Of a DNA stretch of 11,838 nt, positions 7,896-11,838 are shown one piece after another. The stretch lies in NCBI GenBank assembly GCA_043819135.1, contig JBDRFG010000026.1, positions 1-11,838 of the forward strand. The letters run 5' to 3'. A program made the position numbers and the translations under genes. The number at the start of each line of letters is the position of its first letter. The first letter of the stretch is position 1. The notes beneath the pieces were generated by a model. It did not search any database and was not told the origin of the DNA. It saw only the letters and a list, made by a program, of their open reading frames with translations. The stretch comes from Candidatus Eiseniibacteriota bacterium (lineage in GTDB: Bacteria > Joyebacterota > Joyebacteria > Joyebacterales > Joyebacteraceae).

Positions 7896-9307
7896 GAATC
7901 GTCCCTTCCCGCGGGCTCGCTCTCACGGCGCGCCTTCGTCCTGTTGATCACGAATCTCGTCTTCCCAGACTTCATCACCTCTATCGATGTGTCGCGTATG
8001 CACGCGATCTCGAGCTCGCCGAAAGTCAGCTCCCTCAGGCGGGCCGCCAGCTTCTTCCCCTGCTTCTCGAAGACGCCTGCGTCGGCGTCGATGTGCACCT
8101 CGACGGTGCTCTTCGACACCTGGACGATCTGCGTGCGTCTGACGCCCCGGATGTCCTTGATGGCCCACGTCAGCACGCTGCCCGAGACTCGCCGGCCCGA
8201 AGGCGTCTCCAGCTGGTCCTCGTGCTTCGTGATGACCGGGTCTATGACCGGCAGCGTCCTGCCACACGCGCACACGTACTCAGGCATCGGAGCGATCGCG
8301 TCTCCCAGCTCGAACCTGATAAGCGGCATGGCCGGATTGAGCAGCGTCGTGACACGGGCCGTGGCGTGGACGTCCAGGCGGCCGAATTGACCCTCCACGT
8401 AGCCGTCGACGGTGGAGAGGTGGTACGAGCCTTCCTCGCACTGCGAGGCCGAGACGATACGCTCCGCCGAGCCGAAGAGACCGACGATGTTGTTTCCGAA
8501 CACGCGGCCGATGACGTCCCTCTGGTGCTCGAACATGGGCTCGCTGGAGAACCACACGGCCTTCGGGCGCCAGGACAGGGTCCGCCCCTCATCCTCGCAG
8601 AATCCAGCCAGTATCTCCAGCGAAGACGGGTAGCCCATTATGTATTCCGGCCTCCGCCGCTCCAGCATGTCAAGAGAGCGCGTCGCCGTCTCCGGGCTCA
8701 GGTGGTAAGTCGACATGTAGATCCGGCGGTCGGTCCACGACACACGCCACGGCTTCGACGGAGACGCATCGCGGAGCGGCACGACGGGGTCTCCGACCAG
8801 CCGGGCGATCCACTCGCCGTCGCGGTACCCCGACCAGACGTTCCTGCGCCACCACAGCGCGTCGCCAGCGTCGAGGGCTTCCCGCGTCATCCACGTCGCG
8901 AACGGCGTCCCGGTCGTGCCTGACGTCACCGCTCGCGCGAGCGGGCCCAGGCTCCGGGCGGTCGAGCGGAACGCCTTCGGATCCGCCAGGACGTCCGACT
9001 TCGTGACCACCGGGAAGCGAGTCAGGGCGTCGAACGCGTCCGCGTTCGAATTCTCGAGCAGGCTCAGAAGCTCCCGATGCGGTTCGTAGAACGGCACCGT
9101 CCGGACGGCGTGCGCGAGCATCTTCAGAAGCCGCTCGGTCATGTAGCGCTCCATCTCGGGTCGCGGCAGACGCTCGGTGAACTCAACGCTCGAGAGGAAC
9201 CGCTTCCACCGGGATATGCGGCGGCGGTTGCGAAGCCCGTAGAGGTTGACGGCGAACGTCTGCCCCGCACGCGGCAACGCGTCGTAGATTAGGGAGGCTC
9301 TGCTCAT
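7892..9307 (-). CDS. Phenylacetate-CoA ligase-like / CapK-family adenylate-forming enzyme
   Basis: HAVRTVPFY, FPVVTK, TSGTTGTP (ANL P-loop), GYPSSL, FGSAE, AMPLIRFELGD, CACGRTLP, SGKTRFV; GAGGA RBS. Confidence 0.88.
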   Translation of the reverse strand: MSRASLIYDALPRAGQTFAVNLYGLRNRRRISRWKRFLSSVEFTERLPRPEMERYMTERLLKMLAHAVRTVPFYEPHRELLSLLENSNADAFDALTRFPVVTKSDVLADPKAFRSTARSLGPLARAVTSGTTGTPFATWMTREALDAGDALWWRRNVWSGYRDGEWIARLVGDPVVPLRDASPSKPWRVSWTDRRIYMSTYHLSPETATRSLDMLERRRPEYIMGYPSSLEILAGFCEDEGRTLSWRPKAVWFSSEPMFEHQRDVIGRVFGNNIVGLFGSAERIVSASQCEEGSYHLSTVDGYVEGQFGRLDVHATARVTTLLNPAMPLIRFELGDAIAPMPEYVCACGRTLPVIDPVITKHEDQLETPSGRRVSGSVLTWAIKDIRGVRRTQIVQVSKSTVEVHIDADAGVFEKQGKKLAARLRELTFGELEIACIRDTSIEVMKSGKTRFVINRTKARRESEPAGRDDS

Positions 9308-9392
9308 CGGTGTCCTCGGTCCCGTCCTCTCGGTCGCCCGTTGCGGCGCGGCTCCGCACCTGATCGGGGTCGCACACGTTCCGCCCGCCGAC

Positions 9393-10652
9393 TCAGTCGG
9401 CGAGAGACGCGCGATGCCGTTCGCTCATCTCGCGGTAGTACTCCTCCACGCGGTCCGTCACGCGCTCCCAGGAGTACTTCGCGAGGACCTCGTCTCTGTA
9501 TCGTGTGGTGCCGGCTAGCTTGGCTCGCCGTGCCAGCCAGCGTTCGATGCCCTCCGCGATGGCCTGAGGCGAAGTGTCGCGCGTGATGAGGTCCTCGTCG
9601 ATCGGTCCGAGGATCTCAGGGGTGGCGCCCGCCGGAGTGCCGACGACCGGCAGGTTCGCGGACAGCGCCTCGACGGTCACGATGCCGAATCCCTCCATCG
9701 CCGTTGTAGGCAGCACGAAGAGGTCCGCCGCCTGGTAGTAGCGGACGAGACTCTTGTCCGTGACACGTCCCAGGAGGCTCACTCTGTCGGCGAGTCCCAG
9801 CTCTCGGATCCTGTCCTCGAGAACGGACCTCAGCCGGCCCTCCCCGCACACGTGCAGGTGGACGTTCGCACGCCTGCCCTCGTTGCTCGCGGCGACACGC
9901 GCCATCGCCTCGATGAGGTTCTCCAGGCCCATCCGGGGCGAGAGGTTCCTCACGGTGATGAGATGGACGGAGTTGTCGTCGAACCCGAGCTCCCGCCGGA
10001 GGGCGCCCCTGTTCTCGGCCGGCTGGAAACGGTCGGTGTCGACGCCGCTCGGGATGATCTTCACTCTCCCCTGGTCCGCCGTGGGGAAGTATTCTTCGAT
10101 GAGGTTTCTCGTGAAGTCGGAAAGAACGAGTATGCCCTCGCTCGCCTCGAGAAGGCGAGTCTCAAAGCGCCGCTGCCAGTGCTCGTACACGGGCTCGATC
10201 GCTCTCATCCCCAGCCGCCTCAGCGAGGATGGCTCGGCCTGAATGCGCCAGGCCGTGTTGAGCCGGTACTCCAGGAAGAGCGACGCGTGAAACGTGGGGA
10301 TCCGGCACGCCCGCCGCCCGAGGGCGCTCGTGGCCGTCTTGAGGCCGAGGTGCGAGTCGTTCACGCTCAGGATGTCGACGGGCCGCTCCCCGGCGATGCG
10401 CCCGTAGATCTCGTACGTCTTGCTGAGGTGCTGAAGCGTGCTGTAGACGGGGTTGATCCTGCGAAACGAATACCGGTGCACGCGCATGCCGGAGATGTCC
10501 TGCGGAGGCCCGGCGGCCGCCTCCCGCGTGCTGCCAATTATTTCGACCAGGTGCCCGCGCCCGGCGAGTCTCCTGCCCAGCTCGTGGATGTACGTGTACG
10601 TTCCCCCGACCATCTCGGGGTAGACGCCCCTGTGAATGTACACAATATGCAT
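9393..10652 (-). CDS. Glycosyltransferase, GT-B fold, family 4
   Basis: MHIVYIHRGVYPEMVGG, IPSGVD, RNLSPRMG, ADLFVLPTTAMEGFGIVTVEALSANLPVVGT (Ex7E). Start placed at ATG 10652 because the domain begins there and the longer start would lie upstream of the promoter. Confidence 0.9.
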   Translation of the reverse strand: MHIVYIHRGVYPEMVGGTYTYIHELGRRLAGRGHLVEIIGSTREAAAGPPQDISGMRVHRYSFRRINPVYSTLQHLSKTYEIYGRIAGERPVDILSVNDSHLGLKTATSALGRRACRIPTFHASLFLEYRLNTAWRIQAEPSSLRRLGMRAIEPVYEHWQRRFETRLLEASEGILVLSDFTRNLIEEYFPTADQGRVKIIPSGVDTDRFQPAENRGALRRELGFDDNSVHLITVRNLSPRMGLENLIEAMARVAASNEGRRANVHLHVCGEGRLRSVLEDRIRELGLADRVSLLGRVTDKSLVRYYQAADLFVLPTTAMEGFGIVTVEALSANLPVVGTPAGATPEILGPIDEDLITRDTSPQAIAEGIERWLARRAKLAGTTRYRDEVLAKYSWERVTDRVEEYYREMSERHRASLAD

Positions 10653-10660
10653 GACCCTAG

Positions 10661-10690
10661 AGTTTACGTGAGCCTCCGAGAGCGTGTCAA
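10661..10690 (-). promoter_or_regulatory. sigma70-type promoter for the glycan operon
   Basis: TTGACA (10690-10685), 18 nt, TAAACT (10666-10661), then 8 nt to ATG 10652. Confidence 0.7.
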
Positions 10691-10736
10691 CACGGCCTCC
10701 GCTGCGCTCTTTGCACCAAGAACGCTTCACTCATGC

Positions 10737-10767
10737 AAAAGCGGGGCCGGAAAGGCTCCGGCCCCGC
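10737..10767 (-). terminator. Intrinsic terminator after tRNA-Lys
   Basis: 11-bp stem GCGGGGCCGGA / TCCGGCCCCGC with 5-nt loop, followed by TTTT on the minus strand. Confidence 0.85.
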
Positions 10768-10773
10768 CTCGTT

Positions 10774-10850
<77 letters not shown>

Positions 10851-10931
10851 TATATCGTCCGGGCTCCGGGTCGGGCCTGCGCACGCCGGCGGGCTTGCTC
10901 GCGCCCGTGGAATCCGGCGGTCGGTCTGCTG

Positions 10932-11363
10932 CTAGAACGGAAGATCGTCGTCGTCGATCTTGACCGTCTCGGCGGCGAACTCCGGCGTTCCCGCCGAAGC
11001 CTGCGAACGCTCGCCGTCACCCGTGCCGCGCCCGCCCAGCATCTGCATGTCGCGCGCGATGATCTCGGTCGTCTTCCGCTTGTTGCCCTGCTTGTCTTCC
11101 CAATCGCGCGTCTGAAGCCTGCCCTCGATGTAGACCTGAGAGCCCTTCCGGAGGTATTGCCCGCAGATCTCCGCGAGCTTGCTCCACGCCACGACGCGAT
11201 GCCACTCGGTGCGCTCCTGCTTGCTGCCATCCTTGTCAGTCCAGCTCTCGTTCGTCGCAAGCGTGAAGCTCGCCACCGAGGTTCCGCCGGGTGTCGATCG
11301 CAGTTCGGGATCTCCCCCCAGGTTGCCTATCAGGATGACCTTGTTGACGCCTCTTCCAGCCAT
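10932..11363 (-). CDS. ssb: Single-stranded DNA-binding protein
   Basis: [41 protein letters not shown] and acidic tail DDDDLPF. Confidence 0.98.
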   Translation of the reverse strand: MAGRGVNKVILIGNLGGDPELRSTPGGTSVASFTLATNESWTDKDGSKQERTEWHRVVAWSKLAEICGQYLRKGSQVYIEGRLQTRDWEDKQGNKRKTTEIIARDMQMLGGRGTGDGERSQASAGTPEFAAETVKIDDDDLPF

Positions 11364-11536
11364 TGAGCTACCCTCTTTCGGGGTCCCTGAGACCTCACAA
11401 TTGGCGCGCCCTGCTCGGGAACGCCGGACATCGAAGGGGACTTACCACCGGCCCTCGGGGATTCCGCTCCCGGGCACTGCCGGACGCCGCGTTCCCCATC
11501 ACCTCCTCCCATCACCGTCACCCGGGAACACGCTCG

Positions 11537-11565
11537 AGGCTACCACCGCACTCGCGCGGCGGCAA
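11537..11565 (-). promoter_or_regulatory. sigma70-type promoter upstream of ssb
   Basis: TTGCCG (11565-11560), 17-nt spacer ending TGG (extended -10), TAGCCT (11542-11537). Confidence 0.6.
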
Positions 11566-11584
11566 GTGAATCGTGCCGCAGTCT

Positions 11585-11627
11585 GACCCGGGCCGCGGCG
11601 CGCGCCTGCACTCCGCGGCTCCGAGTC
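11585..11627 (-). other. GC-rich hairpin downstream of tRNA-His (no U-tract)
   Basis: Minus strand GACTCGG-A-GCCGCGG pairs with CCGCGGC-CCGGGTC (one bulge, one G.U). Confidence 0.55.
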
Positions 11628-11637
11628 TCTTTGTTAG

Positions 11638-11714
11638 TGGGGTGGAAGACGGGGCTCGAACCCGCGACAGCTGGAACCACAATCCAGGGCTCTACCGACT
11701 GAGCTACTTCCACC
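11638..11714 (-). tRNA. tRNA-His(GTG), including G-1
   Basis: GGTGGAAGTAGCTCAG...CTGGA-TTGTGGT-TCCAG...GGTTCGAGCCC...CTTCCACCCCA; C73 discriminator opposite G-1. Confidence 0.96.
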
Positions 11715-11721
11715 GTTCTTC

Positions 11722-11798
<77 letters not shown>

Positions 11799-11802
11799 GT
11801 CC

Positions 11803-11838
<36 letters not shown>

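Noticed and set aside
5010..8390. 1126-aa plus-strand ORF
   Set aside because: It is antisense to three well-supported genes and has no recognisable motifs. Long shadow ORFs are expected opposite high-GC3 genes.
11364..11536. Assigning the ssb leader to 6S RNA, SRP RNA or a cobalamin/SAM/c-di-GMP riboswitch
   Set aside because: I could not find the diagnostic sequence motifs, so it is kept only as an unassigned structured candidate.

Overview
High-GC bacterial DNA with every supported gene on the minus strand. In transcription order (right to left): a tRNA cluster (partial Pro-like, Arg-TCT, His-GTG); a sigma70-type promoter and a ~165-nt structured leader; ssb; tRNA-Lys(CTT) with an intrinsic terminator; then a tightly packed, probably leaderless 9-gene operon. 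That operon encodes a GT4 glycosyltransferase, a CapK/PaaK-like AMP ligase, a two-domain MDR+Gfo/Idh/MocA oxidoreductase, a second GT4, a LegB-like NDP-sugar 4,6-dehydratase, a sugar-phosphate nucleotidyltransferase, an Rmd-like SDR reductase, a membrane polyferredoxin and a membrane-anchored HMA-fold protein with CxxT. It is followed by tmRNA (ssrA) with a near-consensus promoter, an unusual tag (A)ADYTPAYVC and a 3' hairpin, and by another promoter reading out of the left edge. I saw no integrase, transposase or CRISPR array. The leads most worth checking are the Fe-S/HMA pair coupled to a glycan operon, the ssb leader inside a tRNA cluster, the Cys-terminated tmRNA tag and the truncated Leg-like sugar pathway. 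All family calls come from motif recognition by eye, not database searches.
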